From an uncultured bacterium (GTDB lineage Bacteria; Patescibacteriota; Minisyncoccia; Phycocordibacterales; PALSA-1337), in NCBI GenBank assembly GCA_903839725.1, contig CAIMDG010000002.1:1078-65077 (forward strand): a stretch of DNA of 64,000 bases, in the 5' to 3' direction. The notes beneath the pieces are model-generated. The model searched no databases, had not been told where the DNA came from, and worked only from the letters and a program-made list of their open reading frames with translations. How positions within the stretch are numbered: position 1 is the stretch's first letter; each line of letters opens with the position of its first letter. A program made the translations under genes and the position numbers. Shown here piece by piece: positions 48,856-57,180 of this stretch.

Positions 48856-49653
48856 ATGAAAAATGAAACTATTATTCGTCATTTACAAAAGACTGGTCTG
48901 AGTGAAAAAACAGCTATAATTTACGCTACTCTCCTTGAATTGGGCGGTGCCTACCCTTCCCGCTTGGCTGAAGTGACCAAGCTCAATCGTAGTACCATAT
49001 ATAAAATTCTCCTTGAATTATCGATCAAAGGTCTCATTACCGAAATTGAACGTGGTAAAAAACTCTTCTACCAGATCGAAAATCCTGCGAAGCTCATTCG
49101 TTTTACAAAAACTCAGTCAGACATGGCACAAGAAGCATATGAAAAGACCCGTGACCTCATTCCTGAACTCGAAGGTATCTTTGCCATGAATCCAAACAAA
49201 CCTATCATCAGATACTTCAATGATGCTGATGGTATTATTTCCATCTATGAAGAAATGGTCTCACAAAAAAAGAAATACGAGATGATTTCATTCTCGCATG
49301 GTCAGGCTTTCAAGAATTATCTACCAGCAAAATCACTGTATACATTCGTCAAAGCAAAAGAGCGCTTTGGTATTACAACTCGCGCTATCATCCCAGATAC
49401 TGCCGAAAACAGAAAATATGACGAAGAAGTATTCAAGGGCCTAGACAAAAAAGCTTGGCCGGATATTCGTTACGTACCAAAGGAAGTATTCCCCTTTGAA
49501 GCGGAAATGACTTTGTACGACAATGACAAGCTTGCCATCACCAAACTTACTGGCGAAAAACTTATCGGTATTGTTATCGAAGACAAACTTGTTCACGACA
49601 TGTTCAAAATGATTTTTGAACTCCTCTGGAAGTCAGATCAAGTTAAGAAATAA
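48856..49653 (+). CDS. TrmB-family transcriptional regulator
   Basis: HTH LSEKTAIIYATLLELGGAYPSRLAEVTKLNRSTIYKILLELSIKGLI. About 55-60% identical to the 46715 paralog over full length. Confidence 0.7.
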   Translation: MKNETIIRHLQKTGLSEKTAIIYATLLELGGAYPSRLAEVTKLNRSTIYKILLELSIKGLITEIERGKKLFYQIENPAKLIRFTKTQSDMAQEAYEKTRDLIPELEGIFAMNPNKPIIRYFNDADGIISIYEEMVSQKKKYEMISFSHGQAFKNYLPAKSLYTFVKAKERFGITTRAIIPDTAENRKYDEEVFKGLDKKAWPDIRYVPKEVFPFEAEMTLYDNDKLAITKLTGEKLIGIVIEDKLVHDMFKMIFELLWKSDQVKK

Positions 49654-49665
49654 ATCTATATCTAC

Positions 49666-50019
49666 TTATTTCTGCACAGTCGCCTGAGGAGGAGTTTGGG
49701 GAGGATTCTGAGTATTTTGTGTTGCACCAGATTGATTGATGGCTCCGGTTATAGCTCCTCCTATAGTATTTCTTACGCTTGAAGTGATACTCCCTCCTGT
49801 TCTGCCGATAGCAGCATCTATAACTGCTCCAGTAATATTACCTCTGAGAATATCATTTCGAACATTATTATTCATAAGTGTGCTTTTTATAACTGGATCT
49901 TGCACCTTATTAATGGCTGTGTTGATGACGTTGTTGGTCATCTTGCGGAAGTACGAGCGTACCCAAGAAATGACGACTGCAATAATAATTAATACCACTA
50001 TTCCGAGAATTTGATTCAT
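49666..50019 (-). CDS. Hypothetical small membrane-anchored protein with Gly/Thr-rich repeats
   Basis: 117 aa. N-terminal TM, then repeated ...AI(D/T)GA... segments. Confidence 0.4.
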   Translation of the reverse strand: MNQILGIVVLIIIAVVISWVRSYFRKMTNNVINTAINKVQDPVIKSTLMNNNVRNDILRGNITGAVIDAAIGRTGGSITSSVRNTIGGAITGAINQSGATQNTQNPPQTPPQATVQK

Positions 50020-50052
50020 GGGAACATTATAACATATTCAATTTTTCGCTTG

Positions 50053-50139
50053 CGGAGGGTAAGAGATTTGAACTCTTGATACCCTTTCGGGTATACCACC
50101 TTTCCAAGGTGGCGCACTAGACCACTATGCGAACCCTCC
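50053..50139 (-). tRNA. tRNA-Ser (anticodon GGA)
   Basis: Minus-strand sequence GGAGGGT..ACCCTCC acceptor stem. Anticodon stem CCACC/GGTGG with loop TTGGAAA (anticodon GGA). Long variable arm TATACCCGAAAGGGTATC. T-arm AAGAG-TTCAAAT-CTCTT. Discriminator G. CCA not encoded. Confidence 0.85.
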
Positions 50140-50175
50140 TTCGAAATACCATCGTATCATAAAAGATACACAACA

Positions 50176-51060
50176 CTACCACTTCCCACTCGCTCCACCA
50201 CCACCTGAAGATCCACCACCAAAACCTCCGAATCCACTACCCCCTGAACCACCGCGACCGCCACCAAAGAAGATAGGCCAGAATCCTCCGCCACTACCAG
50301 GACCTGGTGGATGCTTCGAGACAATGTAGTCAAATATCAAACCAATGATAGTCAGAATAACAATTGCACCAAAACCGATGAATACGAATCCGAAGATAAG
50401 ACCAATAACGATTCCTACCCCAGCACCGAGCACACCACCGAGCCACCATGATTTGGTACTACCGAGAATACGAGCAAGAGCATTTGCGGCAATAATTATA
50501 AAGAAGAAAACAACACTCAGATTTACATGCGAACCAGAGGTATTCGACTGAGTTTGGGTTGAATAATACCGCTCGGCTTCAGGAGAACCTTGAATAAGTA
50601 AACTAACTCCCGCAACTGCACTTTTTATTCCCACACCATAATCCCCCGCCTTGAATGCGGGAATCATCGTCTTGTTTACTATATTTCCTGCTTGAATATC
50701 AGTAACAGCACCTTCAAGTCCATATCCTACTTCAATACGTGCAGCACGATCATTGGGAGCGACGAGAATGAGGAGACCATTATCTTTTCCTTTTTGGCCA
50801 ATTCCCCATTCTTGGAATAACTTCGTCGCATAGGTTTCAATAGTTTCGTTACCAAGAGCTTGAATAGTCACAACGGCAACTTGAGCACTGCTTGAATTCT
50901 GAAGTGCCTGTAGCTGACTATTCATCGTCTGAATATCAACCGCTGACAAAATACGCGCAAAATCACTCACAAATCCTTGAGGTTTGCCTGGACTGGTATA
51001 GGCGAAAAGACTTACAGGAAATACGATGAACACGCCGATACATAGGAGGATTTTTTTCAT
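50176..51060 (-). CDS. TPM-domain (TLP18.3/YgcG-like) protein with C-terminal TM segment and Gly-rich tail
   Basis: Signal/TM, then FVSDFARILS...QVAVVTIQAL...GLLILVAPNDRAARIEVGYGLEG TPM signature. Terminal GGGRGGSGGSGFGGFGGGSSGGGG. Confidence 0.7.
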   Translation of the reverse strand: MKKILLCIGVFIVFPVSLFAYTSPGKPQGFVSDFARILSAVDIQTMNSQLQALQNSSSAQVAVVTIQALGNETIETYATKLFQEWGIGQKGKDNGLLILVAPNDRAARIEVGYGLEGAVTDIQAGNIVNKTMIPAFKAGDYGVGIKSAVAGVSLLIQGSPEAERYYSTQTQSNTSGSHVNLSVVFFFIIIAANALARILGSTKSWWLGGVLGAGVGIVIGLIFGFVFIGFGAIVILTIIGLIFDYIVSKHPPGPGSGGGFWPIFFGGGRGGSGGSGFGGFGGGSSGGGGASGKW

Positions 51061-51075
51061 ACCACAAAACGAAGT

Positions 51076-51630
51076 TTAGAACTTCACCTGAGGAGCATTT
51101 TCAGCACCAGCAGCGGCGTTGAAATACTGTCGCTGAGAGAAACCGAAGATTGATGCGATGATCGAACTTGGAATACGCATTACTTTGAGATTGTATGCCT
51201 GAACACTTTCGTTAAAGCGCATACGTTCAACACTGATACGATTTTCAGTTCCTTCGAGAGATACCATGAGTGCTTGAACTGTTTCAGATGATTTGAGTTG
51301 AGGATAGTTTTCAGTGATAACCAAGAGTCTTCCAAGAGCACTTTCAACCTGACTAGCAGCCGCAGCTTTCTGGTCTGGAGTTGTGGCACCAGCATAATGA
51401 GTACGAGCATCAGCAATAGCAGTGAAAACTGCTTGTTCCTGCTTCATGACTCCTTTTGCAGACTCTACAAGGTTAGGAATCAAATCAAAACGAAGTTGAT
51501 AGCGAGCCTCGACTTGTTTCCACTGCGTATCAGCACCAACGTTGAGTGTAACGAGACTGTTATATGTACCAAATCCATAGAGGACAACCAGTACGACAAT
51601 GACACCAATGATAATGAGTGTTTTCTTCAT
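51076..51630 (-). CDS. lemA: LemA-family protein
   Basis: TM then YNSLVTLNVGADTQWKQVEARYQLRFDLIPNLVE, characteristic of LemA. Conserved pairing with the TPM-domain gene. Confidence 0.8.
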   Translation of the reverse strand: MKKTLIIIGVIVVLVVLYGFGTYNSLVTLNVGADTQWKQVEARYQLRFDLIPNLVESAKGVMKQEQAVFTAIADARTHYAGATTPDQKAAAASQVESALGRLLVITENYPQLKSSETVQALMVSLEGTENRISVERMRFNESVQAYNLKVMRIPSSIIASIFGFSQRQYFNAAAGAENAPQVKF

Positions 51631-51635
51631 ATATG

Positions 51636-52322
51636 TTATTTCTTTACTGGAGCAACTGTTGACTCATCAACACCGACAGCACTCGCAACGAAGGTGAATG
51701 ACTTGACCATGTCTGTGAATGCAGTATCTACAGTATTGATGATTGCCTTGTTGTTATTTTGAGCTTGAATAATATTTGAGCCAGTAAGATTCTTGGTCTC
51801 TGGAGCAAGAGTGACAGATGAGAATGTGAAGACGTAACAAACATTACCCTTTTGGAGGGAGTACATGCGATTGAAATATCCACGACCTTGAACTGTATTT
51901 GAGATTGAAATTGTATTGAAGGTATTATCTCCGACAACAACTGTGCCACGATCCTTCACAGTTATAACTGGTGGGAATGAACACTTTCCTGAACCAACAC
52001 CAATGTCGATTTGAAGTTTATTGAGTGTTGAAACTTGCGTATTGTCGATAGGAACAATGAATGAGACTCCATCATTTGCCCCTTCCTTTTCCCATGCTGT
52101 TGGGTATTTAACTGAAAAACCAAGTTCAGCATTTTGATAACTTGAGAGTTTGTCTGAAACCTTTGTCACCGCTGTTGCGGGTACAGATGTAGCATTTCCG
52201 GAATTGTCCGTAGCTACTGATGTAGTATCGGTAGTTGTTGGAGATGATGCGGACTTAAACCATATAATTGCAATAACGATGACGACAATAATAACGATGA
52301 TACTTATAGTTGTTTTTTTCAT
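51636..52322 (-). CDS. Hypothetical membrane-anchored secreted protein
   Basis: N-terminal TM anchor, Thr/Ser-rich linker, beta-rich body. No family assignment. Confidence 0.5.
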   Translation of the reverse strand: MKKTTISIIVIIVVIVIAIIWFKSASSPTTTDTTSVATDNSGNATSVPATAVTKVSDKLSSYQNAELGFSVKYPTAWEKEGANDGVSFIVPIDNTQVSTLNKLQIDIGVGSGKCSFPPVITVKDRGTVVVGDNTFNTISISNTVQGRGYFNRMYSLQKGNVCYVFTFSSVTLAPETKNLTGSNIIQAQNNNKAIINTVDTAFTDMVKSFTFVASAVGVDESTVAPVKK

Positions 52323-52416
52323 ATAATTACGGTTAATGTTTAATACCCCTTCGTGTACAATGATTTCGCTATTATAACATATAGCTCCTTTTTGGGAATG
52401 AGGTTGAAATTACACA

Positions 52417-53121
52417 CTATAACTGACCAACAATACGAAACTTCGTAACCACCTCATTAAATAGTTCGATAATTGTCTTCATATGTGTAGCATGAGCATC
52501 GTCGTATCGTTTGATAAACGCTTGATCATCAACATACAGACCTGCACCATTTGAGCCATGATCAAATAAGTAGATGCTATAGCATATGCCCTCCTGACTT
52601 GTTGTTGTATACATAACTTCTAGGTAGCGATTGCCTGCAGCAACATCCTGACTTATATGACGAGTGAATGTATACCCATTCAATTCAACAGAAGATGATG
52701 TTGCCATAGCGTCATTCAACAGACTTGAACATGTTGAACTCGCGGCGATAGTAATTTTTACATCATCGAGAAGTGGCCAAGAAAAATACGTTTCTTTTGG
52801 AAAGGCGAGTATGGTACTTGATTGATCACCATTCAAGATGAGATCAGGTGGATATGAAACCTGAAATCCCAACGTATCGTGTGTATATGTTTTCCATGAA
52901 GAAGTATCGAGCGTTGAAGATGCCATAGTGCCCACATCGGCTCCAAATAGTGAAATTGTACTCGTGGCTTGTTGGTCGCTAACTGTTATAGAAGAATCTA
53001 TTGGTGTGAACAATGGCGTTCGCTTCTTATTCACATATTGATAGCCCAGCCAAACAACCAAAGCAATAATCAAGACGACAATAAGTACAGCTATAGATTT
53101 AAATAGAGATTTCATGCACAC
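52417..53121 (-). CDS. Hypothetical membrane-anchored secreted protein
   Basis: N-terminal TM anchor. No family assignment. Confidence 0.5.
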   Translation of the reverse strand: MCMKSLFKSIAVLIVVLIIALVVWLGYQYVNKKRTPLFTPIDSSITVSDQQATSTISLFGADVGTMASSTLDTSSWKTYTHDTLGFQVSYPPDLILNGDQSSTILAFPKETYFSWPLLDDVKITIAASSTCSSLLNDAMATSSSVELNGYTFTRHISQDVAAGNRYLEVMYTTTSQEGICYSIYLFDHGSNGAGLYVDDQAFIKRYDDAHATHMKTIIELFNEVVTKFRIVGQL

Positions 53122-53171
53122 AATTGTAGCAATTCGTTCCCCAATATACTATTCCTTGTTACAATTCAAAT

Positions 53172-54089
53172 ATGAAATTACGTGCAAAGGAAATATATAC
53201 TGTATGTATTCTCTTTATTGTACTGATCATTATTCTCGGAATAGCTGATATAAAAAAACAACGTGTAGCCTCTTTGGATACCACATCGATGAAAAGGCAT
53301 GTTGTGGACATTATACTGTCACCGCACTATGACGATGCAGTACTTTCCCTCGGCGGAATGATAGATGCGCATACAAATAAAAAAGTAATCGCTACATTCT
53401 TCACGTCCGACTCACGCGGTGTATCACATACACAGTGGGATACGTGGTCAGGATTTTCGAATAGCCTTGAATTGGTGCGTGCGCGAGCACAAGAGAATGC
53501 CAATGCGCTTTCACATTTCAAAGATACAAATCTCGTCAATTACACATATTCTGATTTTCAATACGACAATAGAACAAGCTCGAGTTCAGAATCACTTAGA
53601 AAAAATATAGTAACTGATATCAATCACCTTCTCACCATGTATGGCGACACTGAAATACACATATATGGGCCATCATATTTCGGCACACGTATCACACACC
53701 CCGATCACGCCCTGTTACACAGTGCATTTATCGAACTATTCAAAAACACACACAATACTCATATAACATTTTATCTGTATGAGGATTTCCCCTATATAAA
53801 CCGTTATTTGAAAGAAGTACCGAATGTACAGCTAGATACGTATATTGCAAACAGTGACGGGGTCGATCTACATCCGTATCCGGTATATCTGAATCAAGAA
53901 AATGTATTACACAAAAATGATGCTCTGCATGAATATGTGTCACAAATACGAGCACTTTCACGTGGGGTAAAATCTGACATAACGACCTTAGATACTATTT
54001 TCAACGAACAAAGATGTTCAAAGGACCCCATAAAGCCATATGCATGCGAGATTGTGTATGAACTATCTCATAAAATAGAGACTCGATAG
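53172..54089 (+). CDS. PIG-L/LmbE-family N-acetylglucosaminyl deacetylase-like protein
   Basis: TM anchor, SPHYDDAVLSLGG (HxDD zinc-binding motif) and HPDHALLHSA (second His motif). Confidence 0.6.
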   Translation: MKLRAKEIYTVCILFIVLIIILGIADIKKQRVASLDTTSMKRHVVDIILSPHYDDAVLSLGGMIDAHTNKKVIATFFTSDSRGVSHTQWDTWSGFSNSLELVRARAQENANALSHFKDTNLVNYTYSDFQYDNRTSSSSESLRKNIVTDINHLLTMYGDTEIHIYGPSYFGTRITHPDHALLHSAFIELFKNTHNTHITFYLYEDFPYINRYLKEVPNVQLDTYIANSDGVDLHPYPVYLNQENVLHKNDALHEYVSQIRALSRGVKSDITTLDTIFNEQRCSKDPIKPYACEIVYELSHKIETR

Positions 54090-54352
54090 TATTATAAATG
54101 CCAATAACTTAAGACGATTATTATTAACCACAAAGGTCAAATCTGTTGTGCTTCAAGTTGAATCTGTTCCTGATGTGAATATTTGACTTATACTATAATA
54201 TATGTCATTATTGCACAGTAATAGTTTTTTGACATCCCTATTGGTGTTGGACGTATCTTCAAGCACATAATTATGTTCTGGAAGATACGGCTAACTGAGT
54301 TGCGAAACACAAACATCAACCAATACATATAGACGAAAGGATAAGAATACTT

Positions 54353-54847
54353 ATGGATAGAAATCAAATCATTGCAATAATCATATTAGTTCTTGGTGCA
54401 GTTGGATTTATTATCTGGTGGTTATTCTACGGAATGCCCGAATCTCGCTATAAAATTCCTTCAAAGGAAGAATCTGAGCAAGAAGAACTACAGGGAAAAC
54501 GTGGAAGCAAAAAAGAAGAGTTTATCTCAACTTTTGGATTCGAACCGGGTCTATTGTCCCAAGATAGATACAAGAAGGAGGTCTTGATAAAACTCGGACT
54601 ACTCGCAGAAGCATTGCAAGTAGCTGGACAGGAAGCATTAAAAAACCCTGGTTACTCATATTATAGAGGGTTCTACGACGAGCGCTCCGCATCATACAGT
54701 GAAATGCTTCAGCTTATAGGTCTTTATGATGCTGAATTCCAAAGAAACATCCCTCACTGGACAGAACTGCCAGTGTTTGCTCATGGATGGCTCGATGGGA
54801 AAAAGACCCGGAATAAAAATAGTAAAGCAACAGTCGAATGTGACTAA
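54353..54847 (+). CDS. Hypothetical membrane-anchored protein
   Basis: N-terminal TM (IIAIIILVLGAVGFIIWWLFY). No family assignment. Confidence 0.45.
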   Translation: MDRNQIIAIIILVLGAVGFIIWWLFYGMPESRYKIPSKEESEQEELQGKRGSKKEEFISTFGFEPGLLSQDRYKKEVLIKLGLLAEALQVAGQEALKNPGYSYYRGFYDERSASYSEMLQLIGLYDAEFQRNIPHWTELPVFAHGWLDGKKTRNKNSKATVECD

Positions 54848-55096
54848 TGACAAACACGAAAGCCCCGCGCTACGTTCTAATCGTAGGCGGGTTTTCTTTT
54901 ATATAAACAACGATATTAACGACATATTCCCCACCACAACAGAAAGATAAATCAAACTAATGAAAGTAAATAAGTGACCCTCTTTTTTGTTGTTTCTAAA
55001 TCACCGAAAACTTTGAACTACTCAAAAGTATGAAAATTAGCCCTCCAAACGAGTAAACTTGCAAAAAAATAGTCAAAATGATACGATATTTCTCAC

Positions 55097-55318
55097 ATGA
55101 AGTCCCTTCTCCCCTATATTCAGATAATCATATCCGTTATTTTAGTTGCACTCATCCTTCTTCAGCGTACTGGAGCACAAGTAGGTGGCGCATTTGGCGG
55201 TAGTGACAATCTCAGTTCTGCATATCATACCCGTCGTGGATCGGAAAAAGGACTTTTCATTGCAACAATTGTACTTGCTATTATTTTTGCTGTTTCAGCT
55301 TTGATTAACTTATTGTAA
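55097..55318 (+). CDS. secG: Preprotein translocase subunit SecG
   Basis: 73 aa, two TM helices flanking a Gly-rich loop (LQRTGAQVGGAFGGSDNLSS), matching SecG topology and motif. Confidence 0.7.
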   Translation: MKSLLPYIQIIISVILVALILLQRTGAQVGGAFGGSDNLSSAYHTRRGSEKGLFIATIVLAIIFAVSALINLL

Positions 55319-55438
55319 TTTTTAATTACTCAACTATATAGTATCGATGCGACTGCGATTATTCGCACATATGCGGATATATCGCATTATCCTACAATTC
55401 CAGGAAACTCAATCGCATTGATATAATAAACAATCAAC

Positions 55439-57178
55439 GTGTCTACACAACCACACAAAGAATTACGCATTAAACGCGGTTCTCATATACTTGAATATAT
55501 TCGCGCATTTTCAGCTACCGAAAAAGCAATCTTCGGTGTATGTGTATTGATTGCGCTGTATACATCCCTTATGTTGCTTTCTTCAGTCAATACATATTTT
55601 ATGACTGATATTCCTGCACACGGTGGTGAATTACGCGAAGGTATGATCGGTCTTCCTCGAACCATCAACCCTATATTTGCACTTTCAGGAACTGATCGGG
55701 ACATATCGACACGTGTATATTCTGGCCTCATGAAATACCAAGGTGACACGTTGGTAGGTGATATTGCAAAATCATACAATGTATCAAGTGATGGTCTCAC
55801 CTATTCATTTGTTCTTCGTACGGACGTACAATTCCAAGATGGTACACGTCTCACTGCAGATGATGTGGCATTTACGATCCAGAAAATTCAAGATGCAGCT
55901 CTCAAGAGTCCTCACAGATCTGATTGGTTGAATGTTGGAGTCAAAGTAACTTCACCTTCAGAAATACAATTCATCCTCAAACAGCCATACAGTCCATTCT
56001 TGGCAAATACAACTATCGGTATTATTCCAAAACATATTTGGGGAGGTGTGAGTGATGATCAATTTATTTTCAGTCAATACAATATCGAACCAGTTGGTTC
56101 CGGACCTTACAAAGTGACAGGAATTGTTCGCGATGCCGGTGGTATCCCCACAACATACACCCTTTCAACATGGAACGGATACTACGGAACAATACCGTAT
56201 ATACAAACTATCACTCTCGTATTCATAGCTGACGAAACAAATGCCATGAGTGCAATCGATGCAGGAACTATAGATAGTCTTGCGTCGGTATCACCACTTG
56301 AAGCAAAGCGTCTTGCAGGCGAAAAAGCAGGCAGTTACAGCGTACTTTCAAGTCCACTCCCAAGAGTGTTTGGTGTCTTTTTCAATCAAAATCAAAACAT
56401 TGTTCTTGCTGACAAGAATGTACGCCAAGCTCTCGATATGTCTGTCGATCGTACGGGCATTGTCCAAAAGATACTTGGTGGATACGGCGAACCTATTCAA
56501 GGACCTTTGCCTCACGGCATGGGCACGACAGTCGACACAAATGATCTTCCTGATATTGCCGGTGCACAAGCACTTCTCGAAAAAAATGGCTGGAAGAAAA
56601 ATGCTGATGGTATTTACGCGAAGATAAGTAAAGATAAAAAGACTTCTCAACTACTTTCATTTGATATTGATACCGCAGATACTCCTGACCTGAAACAAAC
56701 TGCAGAGCTCGTGAAAAATTCATGGACGGCTCTCGGTGCTCAGGTAGATATCAAAATATTTGAATCAAGTGACCTCTACCAAAACATTATTCGCCCACGA
56801 AAATATGATGCACTCTTATTTGGAGAGCTCATCGGAAAAGATCGTGATCTCTATGCATTTTGGCACTCTTCACAGAGAAATGCCCCAGGTTTGAATGTCT
56901 CAATGTATACAAATACAAAAGCAGACAAACTGCTTGATGACATTAGAACGACAAGTGACGAATCAGTACAAACACAAAAATACACACAGTTCGAAAAAAT
57001 TATTCACGATGATATCCCCGCAGTCTTCCTCTACACTCCAGATTTCATCTACGTAGTTCCCAAATCAATCCACAATATTTTTATTAATAACATATCAACA
57101 CCAGCAGATCGATGGAATTCCATGCAATCATGGTACCTAGAAACAGAAGCTGTATGGAATATATTCGCTAATAAGTAA
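55439..57178 (+). CDS. ABC transporter substrate-binding protein, family 5 (oligopeptide/nickel-type), membrane-anchored
   Basis: TM anchor. PRTINPIFALSGTDRDISTRVYSGLM ... YSFVLRTDVQFQDGTRLTADDVAFT, typical of SBP_bac_5. No cognate permease or ATPase genes nearby. Confidence 0.7.
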   Translation: MSTQPHKELRIKRGSHILEYIRAFSATEKAIFGVCVLIALYTSLMLLSSVNTYFMTDIPAHGGELREGMIGLPRTINPIFALSGTDRDISTRVYSGLMKYQGDTLVGDIAKSYNVSSDGLTYSFVLRTDVQFQDGTRLTADDVAFTIQKIQDAALKSPHRSDWLNVGVKVTSPSEIQFILKQPYSPFLANTTIGIIPKHIWGGVSDDQFIFSQYNIEPVGSGPYKVTGIVRDAGGIPTTYTLSTWNGYYGTIPYIQTITLVFIADETNAMSAIDAGTIDSLASVSPLEAKRLAGEKAGSYSVLSSPLPRVFGVFFNQNQNIVLADKNVRQALDMSVDRTGIVQKILGGYGEPIQGPLPHGMGTTVDTNDLPDIAGAQALLEKNGWKKNADGIYAKISKDKKTSQLLSFDIDTADTPDLKQTAELVKNSWTALGAQVDIKIFESSDLYQNIIRPRKYDALLFGELIGKDRDLYAFWHSSQRNAPGLNVSMYTNTKADKLLDDIRTTSDESVQTQKYTQFEKIIHDDIPAVFLYTPDFIYVVPKSIHNIFINNISTPADRWNSMQSWYLETEAVWNIFANK

Positions 57179-57180
57179 TT

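Noticed and set aside
50053-50139. Integrated element adjacent to tRNA-Ser
   Set aside because: No integrase, direct repeat of the tRNA 3' end, or compositional shift was seen on either side. Flanking genes are ordinary envelope genes.
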